DNA of 63,874 nt, counting the filler, from Thelocarpon superellum (Eukaryota): assembly GCA_026025795.1 (NCBI GenBank). It is 3 parts of 3 records of this genome, joined end to end, with 100 filler letters (N's around TTAATTAATTAA, not from the genome) between each part and the next. Parts side by side here need not be neighbours in the genome. Positions count along the whole stretch, not along the records: positions 1 to 22,492 come from JAPEUG010000295.1; positions 22,593 to 45,075 come from JAPEUG010000296.1; 1 more part is not named here. One strand, 5' to 3'. The notes below the pieces were generated by a model. The model had not been told where the DNA came from. It searched no databases and saw only the letters and a program-made list of their open reading frames with translations. This document shows, one piece after another, positions 13,668 to 25,112 of this stretch (position 1 is its first letter; each line of letters starts with the position of its first letter). Position numbers and translations under genes: made by a program.

Positions 13668-14121
13668 TCACGGCTCGTATCCAGGGCGAATGTCGTTTCG
13701 TTTCGGCGCAATGAGCGGATGCCACTGGGCGAGAAAGGTGATGGCTATCGAGGGAAGAATGGCATCAGTCATCTGTGCGTGAATCTGTCAGGCCGTTGAA
13801 CAGATACTCACCCCACATGATGTAGCAGCTGGCGAACGAGAGGATCAGAGAAGAGCGCCAGATCCTGTCGACCGTTAGTGTCAGCGGAACCATCTCCGAT
13901 ACATGGGGGTTGGCGAAGCATGGCTGGAGGAGAGGAGACAGGAGAAAGGAGAGAGGGGATGTTTACGTCTGATTCTCGCCCTTGGGCGAGAAGAACCAGG
14001 CCAATGCCGAGGCGAGGACCACGAAGATCAGGCCAATGATGACACTCCACCTGATACACGGGAGGTCAGCATGGTGGGCTGGGAGGATTTTGGAGTTAGT
14101 CGGAACGCACCCGTTTGCCAT
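13668..14121 (-). CDS. VMA9: V-type ATPase V0 subunit e, 74 aa; exons 14121-14111, 14050-13967, 13864-13812, 13744-13668
   Basis: Manual splicing gives MANGWSVIIGLIFVVLASALAWFFSPKGENQTIWRSSLILSFASCYIMWAITFLAQWHPLIAPKRNDIRPGYEP*, with the hallmark PKGENQ and CYxMWAITFLAQxHPL motifs. Confidence 0.93.
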
Positions 14122-14356
14122 CTTGGAGGACAGGCTGCGCGAGCGTAGGCTGATCGGCGTGGTCGACGCTTCACCTACGACTACGAGGTCGATTTGTGGT
14201 CCGCACTTACTCCTCGCCTGACTTACCCGGCGATGGTGGAGCTTGGACTTGGACCATTCACGAGTGGCTCCTACAGAACTGTCTTCCCAGGGCTACAACG
14301 ACGCGTAAGAGCAATTTTCACAACGCAACTATGTTACTACTTTAGCATTGCCCGGC

Positions 14357-15481
14357 TCAGTTCTCATAATTCAAGCCACTCTCCTTTCGAACGGCGCCAT
14401 ATATCCCCGCGATATCGCCTTTTTCACCCGCGTGTTCTTTGACCTGGGCGAGGTGCGCATCTGCCACTTCTACCGCCTTCATCTGCGCTCCGGCATCTCG
14501 AGCGATTTTCAACGCGTGTCCGGCATCTTTTCGGGCCAGGTCGACCGCGAATAATGGCTGTCAGGAGCTCGGTCAGCCAAACCTCGCCATCCATCGGCGA
14601 TGGCGTATCACCTCTTCACGCTTATAATAGTCGCCGCTACTCAGGCGTTTGGAGTACGCTGAGTAAGGTCCACCGAAGAGGGCATCGACAAACTTTTGGA
14701 GATTCTCCACCCCAAGGCCGCTCTTTTCTGCCACAACGTGCCCCTCTGATAAGGCCTCAACCATGGACAGGATAAGTGTGTTGCCTATGACCTTCAGAAG
14801 CGTCGCCTGACTTGGCGCTTGATTGCTGAAGTCAATCGTGGCTCGCCCGATCCTGGGGACATTAGCAGACGCAGTTAGGGAACCTCACTTGGGCCAGGCA
14901 TACACTCCTGTCAGGTAAGGCTTTACTCGCTCGGCCTGTTCTGCAGGTCCGGCGAGCACACAGATGAGCTACCCAGCATCTGCCATAGCCGGAGCCCCAA
15001 AGACTGCCGAGATCAGACGGCGTCGTGGGACTAGAGAAAAGGCTTACCTGGGCACGCCACAAAGGCCGCCCCATGGCCGTCAATGATCTTGGCCACTTTT
15101 GTTGTCGTGTCCGGGTGTACGGTCGAGCAGTCGACAAACAGCTTTTTGACCATGCTGCAGCCGCGGCTTATAATGTCCAGCACCTCGAGGATATCTTGAT
15201 CGGCGCCGACGCAGGTAAAGATTATGTCCGACTCAGTGACAGCCTTGACCATGTCCGTGCTGATCCTGGACGTGCCGGACGGAAGCTTTGCGCTTAAATC
15301 TTGAGCCCGCTTCGCTGTCCGATTGAAGATGATCAGGGGCTTTGAGAGATCTCCTTTTTCCACAAGATTCTTACACATGCCCTGGGAAAGGTCAACGATA
15401 TTCGTAGGACGTACCTGACGGACAGTGAATGCCTACCCGTCCCATATTCCCCAACCCTATCCAAACCAGTTGAGGAGACAT
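14357..15481 (-). pseudogene. NAD-dependent beta-hydroxyacid dehydrogenase (6PGD/3-hydroxyisobutyrate dehydrogenase family) with one in-frame TAG at 14969-14971; may be recoded or a sequencing error rather than a true pseudogene
   Basis: Motifs WIGLGNMGR|GM, FNRT, FVDCSTVHP, ACP|VFGAPAMADAG*LICVLAGP, LLKVIGN and FAVDLARKD are present. All introns are canonical, and the TAG is the only lesion found. Confidence 0.75.
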
Positions 15482-16087
15482 GGTCAAGAGAGCCTCTTGT
15501 TGGTCTCTACCGCGAGAGATCGGTTCGGAAAGTGGATTCTGTGAGAGAAAGATGTCTCTGATGCCGGGTAGGTTGGCATACACATCCGTTGTGCGCTATG
15601 TCATCAATTGTTCCTCCAACTTGGGTCAATTACGTCAACCCCCTTCTGCCGCCCATATCAACCAAGGCTTCAAGACCCCAGTTATTATATTCAATTAATG
15701 ACCAAAACTGGAGCAAAGTCAGAAAATGTCCAGCTGTACTCACCCAGCACTCCGTAATGCTATTTCTCTGTCCTTGCTCCCCAGGGCTTCGACGGTTGTT
15801 GTGCTCCAAAGGCAATGCTCCACAGTCCAATAGTGGGGCAACCCAAGTGCCGGGCCAAAGTGCGCTTCCGGCTCATCTCGATTGCCGTCGATTGTGATTC
15901 ACCGCCCTCACTTCGTTCACGCCGCCGCGACGGCTCCACGAGATAAAATCAGAGGTGATCAGGCTCTACCGTCATCCCAGATGCATCCCTAGGCTGGGTG
16001 TCTTGATGAGATGTGGGCCTGAAATCCCATACGAAAATTAGCGGCTAAATATGGCCGCCACATGCTCCCTCTCGTGTGGAAGTGAGA

Positions 16088-18265
16088 ATGTATTGGAATG
16101 TCTCAGCGAAGGCGTCGAGGGGCGCCTCGCCCAAGGTCAGTGCCTTCGACCCGCAGATCTGATTGTCCTCCGGAGAATAGGCCGTGTTGACCCTTCCGCA
16201 GGCATGCGTGTCGTTGCACTCGGCGGGTACTCAGCGGCGCTGCCCTACCGGAAGAAGCTTCGGCTGCTCCTCCCACGAAGAAGCTCGAGTTCGAGCTCGC
16301 TCCGAGGGTAATTCAAAGAGTGTTCAGCTTCCAAAACGAAGCAAACTGCCGGCTCGAGAAGATCTCAAGAAGGTACAACGGTTTCCAAGACCGGTGACTA
16401 TTCATACCATCCGCTGATCTTTCATGAAGGATCTACTCTGGTCTGTCCTCAATGCAACATCCACCAGGCGGGAGGCGAAATCATACATTTCGAGATTCAG
16501 CCCTTCCCCCCCGCCGGTCAAGATAGGCCAGAAGGTGGGCATTCAAGGGGGACTCGACCTGGACCTACGAGAATTAAACGAAGTTCGTCATTCCGGAGTC
16601 AATCTTGGTTGCCTCTACGCCCTGGATGAGCCGGGACCACAGCCGTCGCCATTCTTGCACGGGCACGCCTCGAGAGCCCACCAAAAGGAGTCCACGGAGC
16701 CAGTGCACGTTGCCCTAATCAAAATCAGGAATCCACAACTTCTTGAAGAGGAGACCTTGAAGGGCATTGGAGGAACCCTTTCACAGCTTCGCCTCCTAGG
16801 GCTCAGCAGCGTCGTGGTGGTCGACAACGCCGGCTACGGCCCCTTTCAGGAAGAGCCACCGCTCATCCTTGAAAGACGTCGTTCAACCATTACGCAGGCT
16901 GACCGGATCGTTGCGGCCATCGCATCCATCGAAGGTACGGCGGCGCGGAAGCTCGACACGGCCATTACTATCTCACCCAAGCTTTCGAGTGGTTCGGCCG
17001 GCAGCCCTCTGGATGGACTCTACGTAGCGTCGCGTGACCAGGTTCTCGCTCCGCTCCGGCGAGGGATCATACCTGTGATCGCCCCCATCGCATACGATTC
17101 GAGCACGCATTCAGCTGTCTCGGTGGATGCCAATGACGTGGTCCTAGCGCTAGCTAAAGAGTTGGCCGGCATCTCCGCCTTGCCCGCCGATAAGGATCCG
17201 GTGGACTTGGCCGCTTATGCCCGATCGCTCCAAGCGGAAGCATCGCTAGATAAGATCATTGTTCTTGACCCGCTTGGGGGGATTCCATCTACCTCGCGAA
17301 GGGATGGGTCTCATGTCTTCATCAACATGGAGCAGGAATACGAGGACATCAAAGATGAATTGAGCGACGCACCGAACAAGCTGACCCACTTGCGGAACCT
17401 TGATCTGGTGCGGCAAACATTGGCGCTATTGCCTCCATCCTCTTCGGCCTTGTTAATGTCTCCCAGCGAAGCAACAGACACGGAGCGCTCGTCAGGAACT
17501 GCATCGACTACGTCGGGTGTTGGCTCACGTCGACGGCGAAATCCATTGGTTCACAACCTACTGACTGACAAACCTTCGTTCTCATCATCCCTGCCCGAAG
17601 GACGGGCAGGCTTTCCGCCCACTTTGGAGGAGAGGCAGGCATTGCCAAGAGCGTCGCCGACGACGTTCGTGAAGCGCGGGATGCCGCTAACCATCCTGCC
17701 CGCGCCGCTCTCCGACGGGTGGCACTCGATTGGTCTCGAAAGGAAGCTGTTGCTCAGTGATGCACGCATCGACCTCCCGCGTCTTATCCACTTAATTGAG
17801 GACTCGTTCAGTCGGAAGCTTGATGTCGAACACTATCTCTCTCGAGTCAATGATCGACTTGCAGGGCTCATCATTGCTGGCGAGTACGAAGGCTGTGCGC
17901 TGTTCACTTGGGAGGAGCCGATCGTGGCTTCTGGCGACTGTGGCGAGCGTCTTGTCCCCTACCTCGACAAGTTTGCGGTGCTCCAGCGGAGTCAGGGCGC
18001 GGGAGGGGTGGCCGATATCCTCTTCACCGCCATGGTACGCACATGTCTTCCCTCGGGCGTCTGCTGGCGCAGTCGGCGGGACAATCCCGTGAACAAATGG
18101 TATTTTGAACGGGCACGGGGCGCGTGGAAGATGGCCGACTCGAATTGGACCATGTTTTGGACGACGCCTGATGTCGAGACGGACGGACAGCTCTTCAGTG
18201 ATTATGAAGATGTCTGTCGGAGAGTCGAGCCCAGTTGGGCACACGCAGGAGCAGTCACAGAGTAG
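16088..18265 (+). CDS. ARG2: Mitochondrial amino-acid N-acetyltransferase (N-acetylglutamate synthase); two short 5' exons, start approximate
   Basis: SVLNATSTRREAKSYISRF, IIVLDPLGGIP, HVFINMEQEY, LVHNLLTDKP and the C-terminal NAT motifs YLDKFAV...WRSRRDNPVNKWYFERA. Confidence 0.93.
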
Positions 18266-18794
18266 CGCGGGACGCAATTAGAAGCAGGTGATGGGAGAAG
18301 AGATCCTAGATAGGGCATTTGAACTGATGTTGTCGATGCGGTCAGTGGAATCAGCAGCACTGTTGTAGGAAGTACCAAGTGGTCGCGTGCTCGAAAATGC
18401 GCAGTCGAGGTCGGAGGTGGTGGGGTGCTCCAGCAATGCCGATTGGACTGATTGGCTGCATTGACGGGGTGCTGAGGCCACCCTCGCCCCTTCGTCGCGT
18501 CTCCCAACAGCTCAGCTCAGCTCAGCTCAGGTAAGAAGGCTGGCAGCCATGTTACCTGTCCATCCACACCTGCATCCACTCCCACATCCACATCCCGCAA
18601 CACCAGCATTGCACCTCTCAAGCTCCACCAAAGGTACCAGTGGCGCCACCAGTTCGCTTCTCAACTTCGATTGCCTGAAGATTCCCCACTACACCTGACT
18701 CCATGGCACGGGTATCGTGACGGGCGCACGCACGCCCTCGGCCGTCGCGCCTACCTCCTCCCACCCCCGGGCGAATGAATGACTGCTGGCTACC

Positions 18795-20051
18795 ATGCTA
18801 CGCCGCATCTTCAGCAGTGTGTTATGTGCGGCGCATCTTCTTCGCCCCGTGACGGTGACGGCCGTCAGCGGTGAACAGCCTCTGGTGGCCTTCCGGCAGG
18901 CGTCGTATTCGCTGGGTCAGGCTATTCCCGTCAGCTGCTTGAATCGCACCATGTGAGTTTGTGTGCGCTGGACGTAGGACATGATGGGGCAACTAACGCT
19001 GACGCCTGCTTGCTCGCTTGCTGTCTTTAGTGAGACAGGCGAACATGTACGTTGACTCATTGATGCTGCGCGCATGCGTCTCTCCCGTGGGGATAATCTC
19101 CTGATATGATCCCATCAACGTCATAGGTCTCAGACGAGCAAGGCCAGCTGCAATATATTCCCTTTCCGACGTGCAACGAGACCGGTCGTCCCTTTGAGCT
19201 CCAATTTGGGATAGAGAAAGGTTGGACTGTCCCCTACCTTGGCGACATGCCATTCGACCAATTGCACCTTGACTGACTGACCGACTGACGAACCCGGGGT
19301 AGATACCAACTGTACCATCCCTTTCATCACGGACGAGTTCTTCCACCTGCTGGAATTCTACATCCACAATGACGCACCCCTCACATGCCGCGTGCCGGCG
19401 AGACCACTGTACGGATCTGTCCGGAAGATCACGCCGGCGTCCAGCGGCGGCGTCGGCGAAGAGTACATCCCTATGAGTACGAATCCAGTAGCACCACTGT
19501 CCCCTGGACCGCCCCTACCGCCCCTGCTAACCAAAGCTTCAACACCGGCAGTCTTCGCCTTGACCGGCACATTGCAAGTGTCGCACCTGCACGTGTCCAA
19601 CAACCTGAACCTCCTCCTGCACGCGGCACCACGCGCCACGGAACCGGGCGTCATCGACTCAGCAACGGCGTACTCGGTCTCACACAACACGCGCAACACA
19701 CGCATCATCATCGGCGACGCGCTCGCCCTGCGCATGAGCGTGCGCTGGTACCCGACCGCCAACCTCCCCAGCGGCTGGACCGGCGTCGGCGGTCACCTGT
19801 ACATGAGCACGCTAGTCTACTGTGCCCTATGCATCGGCGGCACCTTTGCGGCGTGTCTGGCCTATTTCCGCGCCGTCGAACTGCCGAGGAAGTTGCGCCG
19901 CTATGGCGCTGAGCGTCTCAATGGTGACGGCGGCAGCGGCGGTGGCGGCGGCGGCGGCGGCGGAAAAGGGGGCCTCGGTGGTAGTTATGGATATGGCGTC
20001 GGCAACGGGTACGGCTATGCCAGTGGACGAGGCCCGGGGAAGGTGGATTAA
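18795..20051 (+). CDS. Uncharacterised conserved fungal type I membrane protein (signal peptide, Cys-containing lumenal domain, 1 TM, Gly/Tyr-rich tail); includes 16-nt micro-exon 19031-19046
   Basis: Spliced: MLRRIFSSVLCAA...IPVSCLNRTI|ETGEH|VSDEQGQLQYIPFPTCNETG...|DTNCTIP...LEFYIHNDAPLTCRVP...TM...GYGYGVGNGYGY...GKVD*. Confidence 0.8.
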
Positions 20052-20238
20052 TCGATCGATTGGGAGATGTCTTTCTCTCTCTGTTTCGTCTTTCTTTTCC
20101 TTTTTCTGTTATACCTCTTTCGGTATCATTTGAGCGACGCCCCGTAACTTGGTCCTGTATGCTTGGATACCAGGAAATGAGAGGAAAGAAATCAAATGCC
20201 CGCCCGGACCCACCGCGGCGTGCCGTGGAATGCATGGG

Positions 20239-22492
20239 CTACTCCACGGGTTCATCCTTGATGCAAATCACCTCGGCGGCTGTATCTGGCTGCCCGTTGA
20301 CTTCGTCCACGACCAGAACGGTCTGGCGACCTCCCTGCTCGCGTTTCACCTCCACCACCTCGACGTGCCGGCCGCTGCGGGGTCGGATTTCCTCCGCGAG
20401 CACGACCGTCTCAATGCCCGCCGGCGTCGTCTCCTCATCGCCCCACGGCAAAGCGTCCACGTCCACGTGCCAGGCGAGGAGACAACGCAGGATCACGCTG
20501 GCCCCGGCCTTGCTCATCACCGCGTTCTGCTCCTTGCACCGCTCGCTGCACACGCACTCCACGCAGCCCTCGGTGCAGTGGCAGGCCTCCACCCGCTCGC
20601 ACGCTTGTCGGAGCAGCAGGTCCACAAACTCAAACGCTTTGGTCGAGATGCCCGATCCGCTGGCTCCCCCCTTCGCGTCGTAGAAGGTTAGTCGGGCCGG
20701 TCGCTTGCGACTCGTTTCTTTCTTCGAAAGCTCCTTCAGCGCGTTCTTGCACTCGGTGCGTACGTCGCCCGGCATGCTGATGACAAAGTTGGGCATCAAG
20801 CTCAGCATCGCGTGTTCCGCGGCGTGGATCGCCCCCGCCACGTTCAGCCGGCGGCCGTTCAGGATGTCGAGCGCGTGCTTGGGCACGTCAAGCCACATGC
20901 CCTTGGAGAAGAGCACGATGGGCGGGTTGTCCACCTCGACGGCGTCGAGGATGCGTCGGCGTCGGTCGAGCTTGAAATACCCAAACACTACGCCCCGGAT
21001 GCGGATGGGTCCGTAAAAGGCCCGCGAGCGAGAGCCCGGAATGCGCCGGATCGCCTCCGTCTCGATCGGGTCAATGTCCGTGTAGTCCCGCTGCTGCGTG
21101 ATCCAGTCCACCCGCACCCGCTCGACCATGGCCATCTGCCGCTCGGGCGAGAACTCCTTGACCAGGTAGGTCTGGCCTTGGTGTAAGAAGATGGCGCCCT
21201 CGTAGATGGTAAAGTTGGCCCGTGACGGCTCGAGCTCTTCTAGCACCACGTTCTGCTGATTCGTCGTGTCGATGATGGCAAAGTGGCCGTCTTCCGTGTC
21301 GCGAATCGCCACGAATTTGGAGGGATAGGGCCGGAAGCGCTCGGCGCAGTGATAGAACCCCAGCGCGTCCACCACCAGCCGCTCCTCGGCCACCTCGCGC
21401 AAGCCCTTGCCAAAGTAGAGCGCATCCTCATCGGGCCGGATGGGCATCTCGTAGGCCGCGCATTGAATGTGCCCCTCCATGACGAGCATGTTCTGCAGGT
21501 CCACCTGCAGCTCGCAGTTGGGCTTGGTGAAAATCTCATCGGGGTTCTCCATGTAATACTGATCCGTCGGGAAGCAATCTCCAATCAGCACCGATAACGA
21601 ATCTTTGTTCCGTCGACCCGCTCGCCCACTTTGCTGCCGCAGGTTGGAGATGGTATACGGGAAGCCGACCGTGATGACCGCGTCGAGCGAGCCAATGTCG
21701 ACGCCCAGCTCGAGTGCATTCGTCGCGATGATGCCCATCAGTTTCCCTTCAAACATCTCCTTTTCGATCTTGCGCCGGTCTTGTGGGGTGTATCCACCAC
21801 GATAACCCATCACCCTGGCCATCACCTCGGGCCGCTCCAGCGCGCCAAGCTCGGTTTTGACCGCGCCCACCAGTACTTCGCATTGCCGCCGAATCCTGCA
21901 AAAGGCGATCACTCGGACGCCCCGGAGGATCAACTGACAGAACACTTTGGCCGACTCTGCCATCGCGTCACCTCGTCCCGACGTTGGATCCCCAGGATCT
22001 TTGAAAGGGGTGTTCCAACACAGAAACTCTTTGCGGCCCGATGGTGAGCCATCTAAGTCGGTCAACTTGAGCTTTTCGATCCCAAAGATCGTTTTCATAT
22101 GCTGTGCGGGACCCGAATCAGTCACGGCAGTGGGATGGCGCAGCCAGACTGACCTCTTCCGGGTTAGCCACCGTGGCGGAGCAAGAGATGAATTTGACGT
22201 GCCGGTTCCCCAGCGCGGCACAGATGCGACGAAGACGTCGCATGATAAAGGCAATATGAGAGCCAAAGAGCCCGTTGTACACGTGCAATTCTGGGAATGT
22301 CAGCTCTGGATTTCGTTTCCATGTGGCATCGACCTACCATCGACCACGACAAATCTCAAATTTTGCAGAAAGGATCGCCACGACTCTTCTTGGGGAAGAA
22401 TGGTGATGTGCAGCATGTCAGGATTGGTAAAGATGATGCGTGCCTCATCGCGGATCAAGGTCCGATCGGCCATGGGCGTGTCGCCATCAAAG
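20239..22492 (-). CDS. HRQ1: RecQ4-family DNA helicase Hrq1; 5' part lost at the assembly gap
   Basis: [36 protein letters not shown] and QQSGRAGRR motifs, plus the C-terminal Cys cluster (FYDAKGG..G...[10 protein letters not shown]). Confidence 0.94.
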
Positions 22493-22592
22493 NNNNNNNN
22501 NNNNNNNNNNNNNNNNNNNNNNNNNNNNNNNNNNNNTTAATTAATTAANNNNNNNNNNNNNNNNNNNNNNNNNNNNNNNNNNNNNNNNNNNN
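22493..22592. other. Artificial contig linker (44 N + TTAATTAATTAA + 44 N)
   Basis: Exactly 100 bp; the central 12-mer places stop codons in all six frames. An identical structure occurs at 45076-45175. Confidence 0.97.
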
Positions 22593-22735
22593 TGCAGAAT
22601 GTGCTCAGATCTTCGTGCGGGCCGCACGAGGTTTCGTATTTGTATAGAGGCTCGTCCACTCCAGCTCGAACACCTCGTCCCATTCAGGGTTGCTGAAATG
22701 CGTTGTCCTCTGTTTCGAGGACCCTTTTCACCGTG

Positions 22736-24712
22736 ATGCGTTCCGAGCTTCTGTTGTGTTCGGCGTGGGTGTGTGCCGCGTGGGCAGGTGTGTGGCACAC
22801 CGCAGGCCTAACGAAGGGTGCCCTTGCTAACCCTGCACAGGTTACTCCTTGGGAAAGCCGGGAGCGGACGCGCAGTTCGACTATGTCATCGTCGGCGGTG
22901 GCACGGCCGGCCTGGTCCTGGCAAATCGACTGGCCAGCGATCCTAATAATACCGTCGCCGTGATCGAGGCCGGTGGCTTCTATGAGGCGGATGACGGCAA
23001 TCTCAGCACGACCCCGGCGTACGATGTCTTCTTTGCCGGGACCGACCCCAACGACACCAATCCATTGGTGGACTGGGGGTTCGATACCACCCCCCAGGCG
23101 GTACGTGTCTGACTGAGATGCAGCATCCGTGCCGGAGGTTGACAAGCCGATAGGGCGCCAACGGCCGAATCTTACACTATGCACGGGGCAAAACGTTAGG
23201 CGGCTCCTCGGCGCGCAACTTCATGCTCTACCACAGGCAAGCGGGCCATCCCTCCGGACGCGGTGCTCGACTAACCAACACAGGCCGACGACAGGATCGC
23301 TGCAGATGTGGGCCGATCAAGTTGAGGACTCGAGCTACACCTTCGACAATCTCCTCCCTTTTTACGAGAAGAGCGTGCAATACACCGCACCGAGCATCAC
23401 GTATGTGAACAGCTCGAACGTGCAAGCAACAGGCGGCTTCTCGTCCTCGGGAGGCCCGCTACAGGTCTCCTTTGGCAAATACGAAGACCCATTCGGCACC
23501 TGGGCGCAGCTGGCATTTCAGGCCGTGGGCCAGGCGGCCATCAAGGGCTTCCAGATCGGCAAGCTGATCGGATCAGCCTACATGGCCTTCACCGAAAACC
23601 CCGTCAACGGACAGCGGTCGTCGTCCGAGTCAAGCTTCCTGCAGTCGTACAGCGGCAAGACCTTGACCGTCTACAACAACACCCTGGCCGAGAAGATCAA
23701 CTTTAGCGGCAAGGACAATACCGCCACCGGCGTCGTGGTGTCGTCCTCCAGCACGTCTGGGCCGACGGGGCACACCTATACCCTCAGCGCGAAGAAAGAA
23801 GTCATCTTGTCCGCGGGGGCATTCCAGTCTCCGCAGCTCCTCATGGTGTCGGGCATCGGCCCGGCGGACACCCTCAAGGAATATCATATCCCGGTCCTTC
23901 AGGACCTCCCGGGTGTCGGCCAAAACATGTGGGACCAGCCCTTCTTCGGCATCACGTACCGGGTCGACGTGTCGACGGCCTCGGCAGGCCTGAACAACGC
24001 CACGCTCAACGCCGAGGCCATTGCGGCCTTTGTCAACGACGCCGCCGGCCCTCTCACCAACCCCGCCACACCCGTCATCGGCTGGGAGCGACTGCCCAAG
24101 GACGTTCGCCAAAACCTGACCAAAGCCAGCCGACAAGCCCTCAAGACCTTCCCCCCGGACTGGCCCGAACTCGAGTACCTGCCCATCGACGACATTCTCG
24201 GCTACGCCAGCAACTTCGCGACGGGCGACCCGGTGGACGGCTTCAACTACGCCACCATCGCCACAGCTCTCATCGCGCCGTTGAGCCGGGGCAACTTGTC
24301 CATCTCCAGCGCGCAGATGTCGACGCCGCCGCTGATCAACCCGAACTGGCTCGACAGCCCCGTCGACGCCGAAGTGGCCGTGGCGGCCTTCAAGCGGCAG
24401 CGCGAGGTCTGGTCGCACCTCAGCAACATCACCATCGGCGAGGAAATCTTCCCGGGCCCTGCGGTCCAGTCCGACGCCGACATCCTGCACGTCATCCGCC
24501 AGGCCCTGGCGCCCATTTGGCACGCGGCGGCGACGTGCAAAATGGGCCCCAAGAAAGACCCGCTCGCCGTCGTCGACACCAAGCTCCGCGTCTACGGCAC
24601 CAACAACCTGCGCGTCGTCGATGCCAGCGCTTTCCCCTTCCTCCCGCCCGGCCATCCCCAGTCTACCGTATACGCTCTGGCGGAGAAGGTGGCCGCAGAC
24701 ATTCTGTCATGA
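22736..24712 (+). CDS. Secreted GMC oxidoreductase (CAZy AA3-like); 4 exons, third intron GC-AG (23237-23283)
   Basis: Signal peptide, FAD motif DYVIVGGGTAG, HYARGKTLGGSSARN, EVILSAGAFQSPQLLMVSGIG, catalytic WHAAATCKMG and PPGHPQS, and LRVVDAS. Confidence 0.93.
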
Positions 24713-24808
24713 CGCGCCACGGCCAGGTGATGGTCCCTTTTCTCCGTAACAATCTATGATTCTCGGAACGGTCCTGTCCTGTCCGCACCGGTCAGGCCCA
24801 GTTGAATT

Positions 24809-24860
24809 AGCCCTAGCCCTAGCCCAAGCCCAAGCCCAAGCCCAAGCCCAAGCCCATCCC
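24809..24860 (+). repeat. Hexamer microsatellite (AGCCCT)2(AGCCCA)n
   Basis: agccctagccctagcccaagcccaagcccaagcccaagcccaagccca read directly in the region 3' of the GMC gene. Confidence 0.85.
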
Positions 24861-25112
24861 CGCTTCCCATCCTTCTGCCAATCCCGCTGCAAGTATTGCC
24901 TTTGCGCCTAGGCGCGCACACCCCACACCTATACATACCTTTGTTGATCCGCACTGGTACACCCGGCAAAGAAGGGATGATACCGTAGTCATGAGATCCC
25001 ATCTGACCCGGTCCCGTACCGATCCATAGGCAAAAACAGGAGATCAGACAATACACGAAGAAAGGAAGATGGTGAAGTTAGGCACCAGAAAGCAACCCGC
25101 AGACCTCGGACC

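Noticed and set aside
16088..16424. Arginine attenuator peptide uORF before the arginine biosynthesis gene
   Set aside because: AAP belongs to CPA1 (Neurospora arg-2), not acetylglutamate synthase. The short ORFs here splice in as the N-terminal exons.
22537..22548. TTAATTAATTAA as a biological palindrome
   Set aside because: It is centred in symmetric N runs and repeated identically at 45120-45131, so it is an assembly linker.
23630..24759. Long antisense and alternate-frame ORFs over the GMC gene (likewise over COQ5, BCKDH, HRQ1, TRM7)
   Set aside because: These are shadow ORFs caused by strong GC3 codon bias in the real genes.
24809..24860. Interstitial telomeric repeat
   Set aside because: The units are CCCTAG/CCCAAG rather than CCCTAA, and the tract is short; it is best treated as a microsatellite.
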